Assembly: GCA_963422735.1 (NCBI GenBank)
Contig: OY730476.1
Span: 2,560,001-2,624,000 of the forward strand
Direction: 5' to 3'
Length of the DNA stretch: 64,000 bases
Origin: Candidatus Latescibacterota bacterium
Lineage (GTDB): Bacteria; Latescibacterota; UBA2968; UBA8231
The notes below the pieces were generated by a model. The model was given only the letters and a program-made list of their open reading frames with translations. It was not told the DNA's origin and searched no databases. Both the position numbers and the translations under genes were made by a program. Positions within the stretch are counted from its first letter, which is position 1. Every line of letters begins with the position of its first letter. Below, in pieces: positions 18,165-29,497 of this stretch.

Positions 18165-19039
18165 CTACTCGGCTTCGTCTAACAGGTGCCTGAAGGCTTC
18201 GAGGCTGGGCACTTGTATGGCCGCCCGAAACAACTGCTTGAGGCGCTGCACATCGTCGATGGCCCCAAGGCGGGCGGCCAACGGATCCGACGCGGCCAGC
18301 CCAAAGCGAATCTCCAGCACGTCGAGCAGATCTTCAATGGCGCGTTCTCGGCCTCCTCGCTCAATGCCTTGCTCAAGGGCCTTTTCCGTGAAATACTGCA
18401 CTACCGACGATTCGTACATGGTCGCCTCCGAGATGATGGTCATAATCGTTTCTAATCGATACACCAAACCGCTCAAAATAGCAAGGTCGGCTAAGTAATT
18501 CGCCTTGAGGGCCTCGGCCATCGGCACCCCTTGCGCCCGGTGGATACACTGGCGCAACCACGCCTCGGCATTCATACCTGCCGGTCGCTGCATCAACGGC
18601 GCAAAGGGGATCAAGCCTGAATGCCCCTCGTCGAGCATGCGTTGGCCGTCTAGCTCAATCAGCCGAATCACCTTGTATTGCACCAACACGCGGTAGCCGT
18701 GTCGCTCTTGGAGATAGTGCCCCGGATCACGCTGGCCGGCGTCGGGACGCAGATAGATGACGTGGGAATAGATCGGCAGCCCGTGCTGCTCAATGCCGCG
18801 CCCGATATAGCCGGCTATGCGCTGCGGCATGGGTGGTTTGCTGTCGGTGGTTTGAAATTCGTGATGGACCAACGCTTCGTCGCCGCCGATTTGCACGTAG
18901 ATGAGGCTGTCGGTGCGGTGTGTTTCGACAGTAGGTTGACGCCGAGGACCTCAAGGTCGTCTTGCTGGAGGGCGAAGCGGGCAAAGTCAGCCGGGTAGGT
19001 GTGGATGAGATGCTTGGCGATAGTATCGAATTCGGCCAT
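18165..19039 (-). pseudogene. Rpn family recombination-promoting nuclease/putative transposase, frameshifted
   Basis: MAEFDTIAKHL..DF start at 19039; frame change near 18935; HHEFQT..PMPQRI, C-terminal LEIRFG..LKQL. Confidence 0.8.
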
Positions 19040-19289
19040 GAGCCATGCCTTGGGTTGCGGGTGGGGTGGTATCCGCAACGGGCAAGAATTGTGCCAAGGC
19101 AGCGGTTCAGAGGGGACGAGAAGGATATGAGGTGTTGGAGTATAGCGGAGAGGATGCAGGGATGGGAAGTTAGGGGGAAAAGCTGCGTAACATCTGTTAT
19201 AACTGTTGTTTGAGCCGTCCTTTTGACGATCAGACGCAAGATCGAATTCGCCTTGAAACCTAAGCTATTATGCTGATTATACCGCTGGG

Positions 19290-19641
19290 TTGGCCAGCGA
19301 AGTTTCTATGTTTGAAGCCAATCAAAACCTTGACTTGAGACAACGCTTGCGAATAAAATTCTTTCATAACGTATGCTCATCAGACCGTTGCCGTTGATGT
19401 AACGGGGACTGCGAGAGGCAAACATGTTGAATCATTGGGATTTAAGCCGTTCAATGCGCTGCATCTTGCCAGCGCCAAAAGCGGCAATGCGAATTTCCTT
19501 CTAACAACGGATGACCGGATGCTCAAAAGGGCGAAAAGCATCAGTTCGCAACGTAGCATCCGCGTCGAAAACCCGCTGACGTGGTTACAGGAGATGACAG
19601 AAGATGAACGCTCTAAAGATGACAGCGAATCAAATTCATGA
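19290..19641 (+). pseudogene. PIN-domain toxin remnant (C-terminal half)
   Basis: GFKPFNALHLASA..FLLTTDDRML..VENPLTWL; no intact N-terminus; start coordinate approximate. Confidence 0.7.
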
Positions 19642-19828
19642 GTTTGGTATTGAGGAACTTTTGAATAAACTCGGTCCCGTTGGAACGATTCGTTTTCTCC
19701 ATCAGTACGAAGCGGGCAAGGGCAATTACTCGGTTGATCGGCAGCAATGGCTTACTGTGCCAGATATCGAGGCGCTCGCAAACCAGATGCAGCGGTCACG
19801 CGAAGACAATTCCTCCAGTAGAGTTTAA
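19604..19828 (+). CDS. Small protein typically paired with PIN toxins (putative antitoxin)
   Basis: LGPVGTIRFLHQYEAGKGNYSVDRQQWL; AGGAG RBS; overlaps the PIN remnant. Confidence 0.65.
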   Translation: MNALKMTANQIHEFGIEELLNKLGPVGTIRFLHQYEAGKGNYSVDRQQWLTVPDIEALANQMQRSREDNSSSRV

Positions 19829-21612
19829 TGCTGATTCCGTCCCTACATCGTCTGTTAGGGTTGCCCCTATTGGTCGCGGCGTACGCGGCACTAGCTGGCT
19901 GCGGACCGGGCGTGGTGCTGGACGATGTTCCTCGGGACCGCACCTTGATCTTGATGAATGGCGGTCCGAACCAGTATTCCCTTTTCGACAATCAGAACCC
20001 TTATATCCCCGGCTCCGATCAGGGATACCACATGGGCACGTTGCCAGCGGTGTTTGAGCCACTGATCATGTACAACGTGCTCACTGGGGAACACGAGAAC
20101 TGGCTGGCCGAGAGTTGGGAATACGACGACAGCTTTACCGTGCTCACCGTGAAAATTCGCGAGGGCATCGAATGGGCCGACGGCACCCCCTTCACCGCGC
20201 ACGACGTGGCCTTCACCTTCGGCATGCTGCGCGATCGCGCTGAGTCCATGGTGCATCTGGCCGACCTGCCCGAGTTTTTCGACTCCACCGAGGTCGTCGA
20301 TGACCACACCGTGCGGCTAGTGCTTAAAAAGGCGGGGCCGGCGTTTTGGGCGACCACGCTGAGTAGCAACCACGGCATCTTTGTCTTGCCCGAACACATC
20401 TGGGAAGACCAGGACCCCCTAGAGTTCACCTTTCACGACATTGACGGCGGCTTGCCCTTGGGCACGGGGCCCTATCGCCTCGTGTACGCTTCGCCGCATC
20501 AGAAAATCTACGATCTGCGCCAAGACTGGTGGGCGGCCAAGACGGGGTTCAAGCGCCTGCCGAAGATTCAGCGAATCATCTACGTGCCGCAGCAGGAGGA
20601 GAGCCAGGCCGCGCAACTGCTGCTGACCGACCAGCTCGACATGGCACCCATCATGCAGGTGCTCACCCTCGAAAGCGTGTTGGAACGCAATGCGCGGGTC
20701 GTGACCTTCTCTGATCGGCAGCCGCCCTACGGCTACCTCGACTGGTGTCCCATCGACCTCAATATGAACTGCTCGGAGCCGCCCTTTGACGATCCGCAGA
20801 TTCGCCGGGCTATTAGCATGGCCATTGACCGGGAGAAACTCGTCCAGCTAGCCGAATCGGGGGCGGGCGTGGTCGCGCTGCATCCCTTCGCGCCCTACGA
20901 ATGGTTCGCGCCTTTTGACGAGGCCCTACAGGAAATCCTCGCGCGGCACGGGTACGATACTCAGCCGCACCTGCAAGAGGTCGATCGGATCATGGGAGGG
21001 AAAGGCTATCGCAAGGACGACGAGGGCCTGTGGATCAGCCCGGAGGGCGAGCGTCTCGAGATCGCCCTGTACGTGCCGCAGTGGCTGCGGGCCTACGGTC
21101 CGCCGCTGACCCAACAACTGCGCGACGCTGGTTTCGATGCGAACTTTGACACCTCGCCCGGCCTGACCTCTCTCGTGCAGACCGGGGAGCAGAAGGTTTC
21201 TCTCGGCTGCAAGGGCCCCAGTGGGGTGCGCGGCATGGATCCCTATCTGATGCTGTCCTACTACACCTCGCAGTACTTCCGGCCCACTGGGCAGCCGGCG
21301 CCGCTGTGGTCCACCATTTCGCGCTGGCGCAACGAGGAGTTCGACCGCATTGTCGAGCGCATCGCTCCCCTACAGGTCGGCGACGAGGAACTGTTGGAAC
21401 TATTCGTCGAGGCCATGGAAATCTGGGTGGGGGAGTTGCCCGACATCTTCCTTGCACAGCTCATCATCCGCTATCCTTGCAACACCACCCGCTGGACCGG
21501 CTGGCCGAGCCAGCAAGATCCCTACGGCTTCCCGCACTCTTGGCAGTGGGAGCTGTTGAAGACCTTCATCCGGCTGGAGCCTGCCGGGGCAATGGCTCGA
21601 CACGAGGGGTAA
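19828..21612 (+). CDS. ABC transporter substrate-binding lipoprotein, family 5
   Basis: LAGC lipobox, WLAESW, WADGTPFTAHDVAFTF, GTGPY, PFDDPQIRRAI. Confidence 0.92.
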   Translation: MLIPSLHRLLGLPLLVAAYAALAGCGPGVVLDDVPRDRTLILMNGGPNQYSLFDNQNPYIPGSDQGYHMGTLPAVFEPLIMYNVLTGEHENWLAESWEYDDSFTVLTVKIREGIEWADGTPFTAHDVAFTFGMLRDRAESMVHLADLPEFFDSTEVVDDHTVRLVLKKAGPAFWATTLSSNHGIFVLPEHIWEDQDPLEFTFHDIDGGLPLGTGPYRLVYASPHQKIYDLRQDWWAAKTGFKRLPKIQRIIYVPQQEESQAAQLLLTDQLDMAPIMQVLTLESVLERNARVVTFSDRQPPYGYLDWCPIDLNMNCSEPPFDDPQIRRAISMAIDREKLVQLAESGAGVVALHPFAPYEWFAPFDEALQEILARHGYDTQPHLQEVDRIMGGKGYRKDDEGLWISPEGERLEIALYVPQWLRAYGPPLTQQLRDAGFDANFDTSPGLTSLVQTGEQKVSLGCKGPSGVRGMDPYLMLSYYTSQYFRPTGQPAPLWSTISRWRNEEFDRIVERIAPLQVGDEELLELFVEAMEIWVGELPDIFLAQLIIRYPCNTTRWTGWPSQQDPYGFPHSWQWELLKTFIRLEPAGAMARHEG

Positions 21613-22311
21613 GCTATGGACGCTTCGATTACCAAGGCCAAGACGTGCAGGGACGCGACCGAGGGCGGCGATGTCCGCCTGCTGGAGTTGACCCACCGAT
21701 GGACGGCTGGGAGCGCGTGTGCGTGCCTCATCGATCGCGCGAGTTCGAAGACGGAACTGCGGCTGCCCGAAGGCTGGTGGGAATTCCTGATCTCAATGCC
21801 GCAGCGCAACGTACACGGGCTACAGACGTTTCACCTCGCCGACATGGACTATCGCGGCTTCACCGACCAAGTGCCCGGGATGCTGGCCGCACCGCTCGTC
21901 GTCGCAGTCGGGAGCGGACCCCAGCGGCGTGGGGCAAGCACCGGCTGTGTCTCAACCCGGCCTCTCGCTCGACGGCAACGTGGTCGCAGGAACTGTTCCG
22001 TCGGCTCGCTGGGTGGGATGTGGGACCGCTGGGGCACGAGCGATTGCCAGAGGTGCTCGTGCGGGTGATGTGGGTCGCCCGCGCCTGCGTTCTTGCAACC
22101 CCGCTGGCCGGACAAGCGGTCCTGCCCTATGCCGTGCTGGCACATCGTGGTTTGTGTTGTCCGAAGTGGGCGCGTACCGTTTCACCTGTCAGGGCACAAG
22201 CGTGGATGTCGAAAGCCGGCGGCAGCCGATCCGGGCACCGGGCGGATACGACCACGTCCAGTCAGTGACGCTGCATTATCCGAGTGACAGACCCCTCAAG
22301 CGGAGAATGAT

Positions 22312-23757
22312 ATGTTAGACGCTCGCCCCAATATCCTGCTCATTATGACTGACCAGCAACGCGGCGACTGCATGGGTCTTGATCCCCACAGTCCCCGGTG
22401 TTTGCAAACGCCCAACCTCGACTGGCTTGCCCGCACCGGAACGCACTTTCACCGCGGCTACTCCGAATGCCCCAGTTGCATTCCCGCTCGCCGCTGTCTG
22501 ATGACCGGCACCGCACCCGCCGCCAATGGGGCCGTTGGCTTCAGAAGCGCTCCGTGGCAGCCGCCGCACACCTTGGCCGGCGAGTTGTCCAAGGCAGGTT
22601 ATCAGACGGAGATGATCGGCAAACTCCACTTAACCCCCCATCGCAAGCGCTACGGCTTTGACCACATGCAACTAGCCGATGCCACCCGGGGCGACGACAA
22701 CGACTATGTCGAATGGCTGCGGCAATATCACCGCCGCAATGAAGTAGATCCCGGCATGGCCCACGGCATTTCCGCCAACGGCTGGATTGGTCGCCCGCAC
22801 CATTTGCCCGAAGAACAGATGCATACCTTCTGGTGCGTTGACCGGGCCATGGACTTTCTGCGCAAACGCGATCCTTCAGCGCCGTTTTTTCTCAATCTTT
22901 CCTTTATAGATCCTCATCCCCCGCTCACGCCACCAGCCTCTTATTACAACCGCTATATGCATCGCAGTCTGCCCGATCCACTCGTCGGCGACTGGGCACC
23001 CGCATTCGACGGTCCCGAAAAAGGTCTCAATCCCAATGCGTGGCAAATTCGTCTCAACGAACGCGACATGCGCTGTTGTCGCGCCGCTTATTACGGCATG
23101 ATCAACTTTATAGATGATCAGATCGGCCGCCTCATCCAGTTTACCGGGGGGCTCAACAACTGCTTAGTCATCTTCACCTCCGATCACGGCGAAATGCTGG
23201 GCGACCACAACCTCTTTCGCAAAACGTGGCCTTATGAAGCTTCGGCCCGAGTCCCATTTTTTATGCGCGCCCCTAAAAATTGGGACTATCCCGAAGAAGT
23301 CATTTGCAAAAGTCCCGTCGGCATCCAGGACATCATGCCCACCATTCTCGATGCGGCCGACATCGGCATCCCCGATACCTGCACGGGCAAAAGCCTCCTG
23401 CCCGTCCTGCAAGGCGACACCGTCGGCGTCAGGGAATTTCTCCACGGAGAACACGCTGGCTGTTACGCCCGCGACCACGGCAATCACTATGTCACTGATG
23501 GACGCTGCAAGTACATCTGGTATTCGCAAACGGGCCAAGAACATCTTTTCGACTTGGACGAAGACCCCCAAGAAATGCGCGACCTGTCTCGTGATCCGGA
23601 CGCCGAAACTAAGATGCAGCCCTGGAGAAATCGCCTCAGCGAATACCTCAAAGACCGTCCAGAAGGTTTTGCGGATGGCCCGCGCTTAATTCCCGGCCAA
23701 CCCCATGACGCACTCCTGCCAGACTACGATCCAGAAGCGACCTACCCCTATCTATGA
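22312..23757 (+). CDS. Sulfatase (Cys-type arylsulfatase)
   Basis: PNILLIMTDQQRGD, CIPAR (CxPxR), GKLH, SDHGEMLGDH. Confidence 0.93.
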   Translation: MLDARPNILLIMTDQQRGDCMGLDPHSPRCLQTPNLDWLARTGTHFHRGYSECPSCIPARRCLMTGTAPAANGAVGFRSAPWQPPHTLAGELSKAGYQTEMIGKLHLTPHRKRYGFDHMQLADATRGDDNDYVEWLRQYHRRNEVDPGMAHGISANGWIGRPHHLPEEQMHTFWCVDRAMDFLRKRDPSAPFFLNLSFIDPHPPLTPPASYYNRYMHRSLPDPLVGDWAPAFDGPEKGLNPNAWQIRLNERDMRCCRAAYYGMINFIDDQIGRLIQFTGGLNNCLVIFTSDHGEMLGDHNLFRKTWPYEASARVPFFMRAPKNWDYPEEVICKSPVGIQDIMPTILDAADIGIPDTCTGKSLLPVLQGDTVGVREFLHGEHAGCYARDHGNHYVTDGRCKYIWYSQTGQEHLFDLDEDPQEMRDLSRDPDAETKMQPWRNRLSEYLKDRPEGFADGPRLIPGQPHDALLPDYDPEATYPYL

Positions 23758-23807
23758 GCTAAGTACAACCACCGCGTCTCACCCTTATCAAAACGCCGGA
23801 GGAGACC

Positions 23808-24911
23808 ATGACTACGTATCGCGCCGCCGTTATCGGCTTGGGCCGCATGGGCAGCACGTTCGACGATGAAATGAGCGAAGGAGGGGCCATTTTTCTGCCC
23901 TATTGCCACGCCCCCTCGTACCGCGCTTCACCCCATGCGGAACTGGTGGCTGGAGCCGATCCGCACGACGAACAACGCGCCATTTTCGGCGACCGCTGGG
24001 GTTTGGAAAAAGACCATCTCTACAGCGACTATCGCCAGATGTTGGAGCGGGAAGACCTCGACTTGGTTAGCGTCTGCACTACCGCCCGCATTCGCTCGCA
24101 GATCGTCCAGGACTGCGCTCGCGCCGGCGTCAAGGCCTTATGGGCCGAAAAGCCCATCGCCCTGACCTTGGCTGAAGCCGATGCCATAGTCTCCTCCTGC
24201 CGCCAACACGGCACGGCCTTGGCCATCAACTGCGCCCGCCGCTGGAACCCGTTCTTCAGTCAGGCCCGCGACCTCATTGACAAAGGCGCGCTAGGGCAAA
24301 TCCTCCAGGTAACCGGCTACGCCCAATGTGGCCTGTCGCACAACGGCAGCCACCTCATCGATATTGTGCGCTACATGGCCGGGGGGCAGGTCGAGTGGGT
24401 TTTTGGCGAAATGGAATCGGACGCCGCAGCCGAGGGCGAAACCGACCCGCAGGGCAACGGCTATCTCTGTTTTGACAATGGTGTGCGCGCCTTTATCCGC
24501 GCCACTCCCACTGGGGTTGCGTCTTGGGAAATCGACGTCATTGGCACCGAGGGCCGCATCCGCTCTGTGGCCAATTGTACCCAAATGGAGTACATCCGCA
24601 CGGCTTTAGGTGGCAACCGGGGACGAGGCGTACCCGCGTACAGGCCCTTTCCCTATCCGACGCACATACAAGGCATGGGCCTGACCATTGTAGAGGATCT
24701 GATCCAAGCCATTGAGACGGGATCGGCACCGCGCTGCTCGGGCGACGATGGCCGGGCCGCCCTCGAAGTGGCCATTGCCCTGCGCCAATCGCACCGCGGC
24801 GGTTTTGTCCGCGTGGACCTGCCGCTAGCGGACCGCTCGTTAGGCATTCTCTCCTCGGAGATCGCCGAGGATCACACCCCGGCGCGGGTGCGGCGGTTAC
24901 AGGCTTCTTAA
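23808..24911 (+). CDS. Gfo/Idh/MocA oxidoreductase
   Basis: IGLGRMG, EKP, HNGSHLID. Confidence 0.9.
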   Translation: MTTYRAAVIGLGRMGSTFDDEMSEGGAIFLPYCHAPSYRASPHAELVAGADPHDEQRAIFGDRWGLEKDHLYSDYRQMLEREDLDLVSVCTTARIRSQIVQDCARAGVKALWAEKPIALTLAEADAIVSSCRQHGTALAINCARRWNPFFSQARDLIDKGALGQILQVTGYAQCGLSHNGSHLIDIVRYMAGGQVEWVFGEMESDAAAEGETDPQGNGYLCFDNGVRAFIRATPTGVASWEIDVIGTEGRIRSVANCTQMEYIRTALGGNRGRGVPAYRPFPYPTHIQGMGLTIVEDLIQAIETGSAPRCSGDDGRAALEVAIALRQSHRGGFVRVDLPLADRSLGILSSEIAEDHTPARVRRLQAS

Positions 24912-25171
24912 ACACGGCATTCACAGCCTGTACCTCTCCGGTGTGGAGTGCAGCGGTGCCCAGGTGAGGCTTGGACGGCTCCACTGCTCAATCCCGAACC
25001 GCACCCCGACGGGTTGTTCAAATAGACTACAAGGCGCTCGGTTGTCGCGCACTAGGAAAATGGATTGTACGGCAGCCGTCTTTTATGGGCAGATGCCCTC
25101 CCCTTGGTCGAATGTAGAGGGGCGGCGCTTTGTAGGAAGCTGGCGGCCCTATAGCGACGGAGGCTCTGTAC

Positions 25172-27106
25172 TTGGCACTGAGTAAATCGCCTTTCACCCC
25201 GCGGGTATTCTTGGTGGGCCTGCTTTTGTGTCTGCTGATCAGCGTCGCCACACCGTACGCCAATATGTACCTACAGGGCTCGCTGATGGCCCTCGATTTT
25301 GGTACGGCCGCGGCTCTGTTTCTGCTTTTCCTGCTTATCTGTATCAACGTGGTTCTCCATCGTTGCGCCCCAGCCATGGTCTTCCGGCGGGGCGAACTGG
25401 CGGTGATTTACGCCATGATGGCGACCGCCTGTGCCATCCCGACTATGGGATTGATGGAATACCTATTACCGGGCATGACTGCTCTGGAGTACTATGCCAC
25501 GCCCGAAAATGATTGGCAGGCTTATATCCAGCCTCATGTAAAGCCGTGGATGGTGGTCGAGGATCCACTGGCGACCAAATTCTTCTACGAAGGGCTTCCC
25601 CAAGGCATGGTCATTCCTTGGGAAGCGTGGATAGTACCGCTGTGCGCTTGGGGTCTTTTCATTGCGGCGCTCTATCTGACCATGATGTGTGCCGCAGTGC
25701 TCATCCGACGCCAGTGGATGGAGTACGAAAGACTGGTCTATCCCCTCGTCCAAGTACCGGCGGCCATGATCCAACAGGACGAGGGATCTGTCCCTCCTTT
25801 TTTTCGGAGCGGGTTGATGTGGCTCGGTTTTGGCTTGGCCCTAGTCGTGGGCAGTTTGAAAGGGCTACACCATTACTATCCGTCCGTGCCGGCAGTAGCC
25901 ATGTCGACCTCCTTGGACCTCCTGCGCAATACGGTGAACCTGCCCATTATGTTGAGCTTTAGCGCCGTGGGCATTTTCTTTTTTGTCAACCTAGACATCG
26001 CTTTAGGTCTATGGGTTTTTACCCTCCTGGCCATGCTCGAAAAAGGGGCTTTCAGTGTAGTAGGGCTTCATAGCACCGAGGTCGTCAGTGTGTACGGCAC
26101 CCCGGAATCGCCACTATTGGCCCATCAGGGAATTGGAGCGCTGTTAGTCTATGTAGTCGTGGGACTGTGGCAGGCCCGGTCCCATTTTGCCGCTGTTGGG
26201 CACCGAGCTTGGAAAGGGCATGAAGGGAACGAGAATGTCAGTGAGATCATGTCCTATCGGGCCGCCGTGCTAGGGTTGTTCGGTGGGATTGCGGTCATGG
26301 TGTTGTGGCTCTGGTCATCGGGTATCCCTCTGTTGCCGCTCTTGGTGTTTCTGGCCGTCGCCCTGCTCATATTCTTCGGTTTGTCCCGCATAGTGGTCGA
26401 GGGCGGTGTTGCCGCCGCCCGTAGCCCTATGATCGCCTCGACCTTTGCGGTTTCGGGACTGGGCACATCCATAGTGGGGGCCGAAGGCTTGGTGGCCCTT
26501 GCCTATACATATATATGGCACGGCGATGTACGCACCTTTGTCATGGCCTCGTGCGCCAACGGCTTGAAGATAGTCGAGGGGATCGCCAATCTCCGCCCCT
26601 TGTTCTGGGCTCTAGCTCTGACCATTTTAGTGACCGCGGTCGGGTCGATCACGACCATTCTCTACTTGGCCTACACCTATGGGGGGATCAATCTGCATGG
26701 CTGGTTTTTCGGTGCTGGTCCTCAGGTCCCCTTTAATTATATCGCCCACAAATTTCAGAATGCCCCGTCTATACAGGTGGACGGCTGGTTGTTCAAAGCC
26801 ATTGGCGCGGCTCTAATGAGTGGGTTACTCTGGTTACGGCACCACTTTTTGTGGTGGCCCTTCCATCCGTTGGGTTTTGCTATTTGTACGGTATCCTTTA
26901 TCGTCGGGCGGCTCTGGTTCAGCATATTTCTAGCTTGGTTGTTCAAAATGACCGTACTCAAGTACGGGGGATCGCGGCTACACCGCATGGTGCGACCTTT
27001 CTTTATGGGCCTAATTTTGGGACAGTTTTCCAACGCTGGGTTCTGGCTCATCGTCGACGGGTTTACAGGTACTACCGGCAACGGGATAGGCGTACTGTTC
27101 TGGTGA
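25172..27106 (+). CDS. DUF6785/DUF6784-like polytopic membrane protein (putative transporter), copy 1
   Basis: YYATPEN, ERLVYPL, HQG, WWPFHPLG, PFFMGLILG; many hydrophobic segments. Confidence 0.8.
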   Translation: MALSKSPFTPRVFLVGLLLCLLISVATPYANMYLQGSLMALDFGTAAALFLLFLLICINVVLHRCAPAMVFRRGELAVIYAMMATACAIPTMGLMEYLLPGMTALEYYATPENDWQAYIQPHVKPWMVVEDPLATKFFYEGLPQGMVIPWEAWIVPLCAWGLFIAALYLTMMCAAVLIRRQWMEYERLVYPLVQVPAAMIQQDEGSVPPFFRSGLMWLGFGLALVVGSLKGLHHYYPSVPAVAMSTSLDLLRNTVNLPIMLSFSAVGIFFFVNLDIALGLWVFTLLAMLEKGAFSVVGLHSTEVVSVYGTPESPLLAHQGIGALLVYVVVGLWQARSHFAAVGHRAWKGHEGNENVSEIMSYRAAVLGLFGGIAVMVLWLWSSGIPLLPLLVFLAVALLIFFGLSRIVVEGGVAAARSPMIASTFAVSGLGTSIVGAEGLVALAYTYIWHGDVRTFVMASCANGLKIVEGIANLRPLFWALALTILVTAVGSITTILYLAYTYGGINLHGWFFGAGPQVPFNYIAHKFQNAPSIQVDGWLFKAIGAALMSGLLWLRHHFLWWPFHPLGFAICTVSFIVGRLWFSIFLAWLFKMTVLKYGGSRLHRMVRPFFMGLILGQFSNAGFWLIVDGFTGTTGNGIGVLFW

Positions 27107-27128
27107 AAACCCACTTCGTGCCAAGCTG

Positions 27129-29462
27129 ATGACGATGACGCGTTCGGCCGAGCTATTTATAGGTTGCAGGTATAGGCATAAACGGCGCGGTAGTGGGCAA
27201 TTAATGACAATAATAAGGCAGATCGCTCTATACAGGGTTCAAATTTTTGCCGGATGGTTTTTTGTCTTAGTAGCCTGTGCTGGGCGAGAGCAGGCAGCCA
27301 GCACCCAGCGCATGGCCGAACTCCTAGAAGACATAGCAGTTAATGTCGATCCCGCCACGCATCCGTATGTTAATTTGGACCGAGTCGCATATTTCCGCAC
27401 GCGGTTGGACCGTCTGCGCCAATCCGGGGCGGGCGTCAATCCTCGGGGGCGAGAGCAAATCCTGCAGGCCCGCTTTTCTCTTGCCAACGAACTGCTGCAA
27501 GCCGGCCAATCCGATCGAGCAGTGCAAGAGTACCGGCAACTACAGACTGTGGTCCATCATCCTCGGCTTCGGCATTCCCTCCAACTGCTAGTGGGCTTGG
27601 CCTATCTCCGTTTGGGCGAGCAAGAAAATTGTATCGTGCAACACAATATCGACTCTTGTCTAATGCCGATCCGCGGCACCGGAGTGCATCAAATCAAGCG
27701 CGGATCGACCACCGCCATTGAGGAATTTTTGGGGGTTCTGAGCAGAAATATAGGCGACTTGTCGGCTCGTTGGCTACTCAATATCGCCTATATGACGCTG
27801 GGTCAGTACCCAGAAGAGGTGCCGCAGAATTTGCTGATTCCACCCGAAGTATTCACCTCTGACTACGATATTGGGGTTTTTCGCGATGTCGCTCCCCAGT
27901 TGGGGCTGGATGTGGTGGGACTTTCGGGGGGAGCCATTATGGAAGACTTTGACGGCGATGGCTATCTCGATATCGTGGCTTCATCTTGGGGACTGCGCGA
28001 CCCACTCCGCTACTTCCGCAACCAAGGAGACGGGACCTTCGCCGATCTCACACAAGCGGCAGGCTTGGAGGGTATTGTGGGTGGTTTGAATATCTGTCAG
28101 GCTGACTACGATAACAACGGCTATGCGGATGTGCTGGTGCTGCGCGGTGCTTGGCTCGACGAAGGACACTACCCCAACTCGCTATTGGCCAATCGGGGAA
28201 ATGGACACTTTGTCGATGCGACCGAGGCAGCCGGCTTGCTCACTTTTCACCCAACACAGACAGCGGCCTGGGGCGATTTTGACAACGACGGTTGGATCGA
28301 CCTGTTTGTCGGCAACGAATCGCAGGGGCAGGCCATTCATCCGTGCGAGTTGTTTCGCAACGAGGGCCAAGACTCTGGGCGTGGAGTCTCGGCGGTACAA
28401 TTCGTCAATGTGGCTGAGGCAGTGGGACTCGATGTGGTCGGATGGACCAAAGGAGTAGTCTGGGGCGACTACAACAACGATGGACAACTGGATCTGTACA
28501 TCTCGCGTCTGGAACCCGAAGAGTCTAATCTCCTTTTTCGCAATCAGGGGAGTGGGCGTTTCGCCGATGTGACGGCCACGGCAGGCGTAGCCGGACCGCC
28601 CTATAGTTTTCCGACTTGGTTCTGGGACTACGACAACGATGGGTGGCAGGATCTATTCGTCGCCGGTTTCAAGGGTGAGGTAGCGGACGTGGCGGCCGCT
28701 TATTTGGGCTTGCCACACCGCGCCGAAGAGCCTCGTCTATACCACAACAACGGCGACGGTACTTTTACCGATGTCACACGCAAGGTAGGGCTCGACGAGC
28801 CTCTCCTAGCCATGGGCAGCAATTTCGGCGACCTAGACAACGACGGGTACCAAGATTGTTATATCGGCACCGGCGACCCGTATATGGCTACGCTAGTCCC
28901 CAATCGCATGTTTCGCAATGCCGACGGCAATTTCTTCCAAGATGTCACCACCTCGGGTGGCTTTGGGCATTTGCAAAAGGGCCACGGTGTGGCTTTTGGA
29001 GATATTGACCACGATGGCGACCAAGATGTTTTTTCGGTCATTGGCGGGGCTTTTACCGGCGATGCCTATCAGAACGTCCTTTTTGCCAATCCAGGCCACG
29101 GCAATCATTGGATCAAGCTCCGGCTCGAAGGCAGGCGTACCAATCGGGCCGCCATTGGAGTGCGCGTAAAGGTGAGCGTGAATACCGCACATGGCAGCCG
29201 CGACATTTATTCCACGGTCACCAGCGGGGGTAGTTTTGGTGCCTCCAGCCTGCAATGCGAAATAGGCTTGGGACAGGCTGAGTCTATCCGGGCTATTGAA
29301 ATCGTCTGGCCCACCAGCGGGGAAGTGCAGCTTTTCAACGATATCGAAATGGACCAAAGCATGTACATCCGCGAAGGTGATTCGCGTCCGACTCGCTGGC
29401 AGCTCAAATCTTTCGCCATGGCCCCGGGCAATGGGCCGGACGGAATGGCACATACCCACTAG
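27129..29462 (+). CDS. CRTAC1-like FG-GAP repeat protein with ASPIC/UnbV domain and N-terminal helical region
   Basis: Repeated DxDxDGxxD, NRAAIG, GLG..IEIVWP; true start may be 27204. Confidence 0.88.
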   Translation: MTMTRSAELFIGCRYRHKRRGSGQLMTIIRQIALYRVQIFAGWFFVLVACAGREQAASTQRMAELLEDIAVNVDPATHPYVNLDRVAYFRTRLDRLRQSGAGVNPRGREQILQARFSLANELLQAGQSDRAVQEYRQLQTVVHHPRLRHSLQLLVGLAYLRLGEQENCIVQHNIDSCLMPIRGTGVHQIKRGSTTAIEEFLGVLSRNIGDLSARWLLNIAYMTLGQYPEEVPQNLLIPPEVFTSDYDIGVFRDVAPQLGLDVVGLSGGAIMEDFDGDGYLDIVASSWGLRDPLRYFRNQGDGTFADLTQAAGLEGIVGGLNICQADYDNNGYADVLVLRGAWLDEGHYPNSLLANRGNGHFVDATEAAGLLTFHPTQTAAWGDFDNDGWIDLFVGNESQGQAIHPCELFRNEGQDSGRGVSAVQFVNVAEAVGLDVVGWTKGVVWGDYNNDGQLDLYISRLEPEESNLLFRNQGSGRFADVTATAGVAGPPYSFPTWFWDYDNDGWQDLFVAGFKGEVADVAAAYLGLPHRAEEPRLYHNNGDGTFTDVTRKVGLDEPLLAMGSNFGDLDNDGYQDCYIGTGDPYMATLVPNRMFRNADGNFFQDVTTSGGFGHLQKGHGVAFGDIDHDGDQDVFSVIGGAFTGDAYQNVLFANPGHGNHWIKLRLEGRRTNRAAIGVRVKVSVNTAHGSRDIYSTVTSGGSFGASSLQCEIGLGQAESIRAIEIVWPTSGEVQLFNDIEMDQSMYIREGDSRPTRWQLKSFAMAPGNGPDGMAHTH

Positions 29463-29497
29463 TCCCCCCGCCCGTTCGGCAAGACGTACGGCACTCT

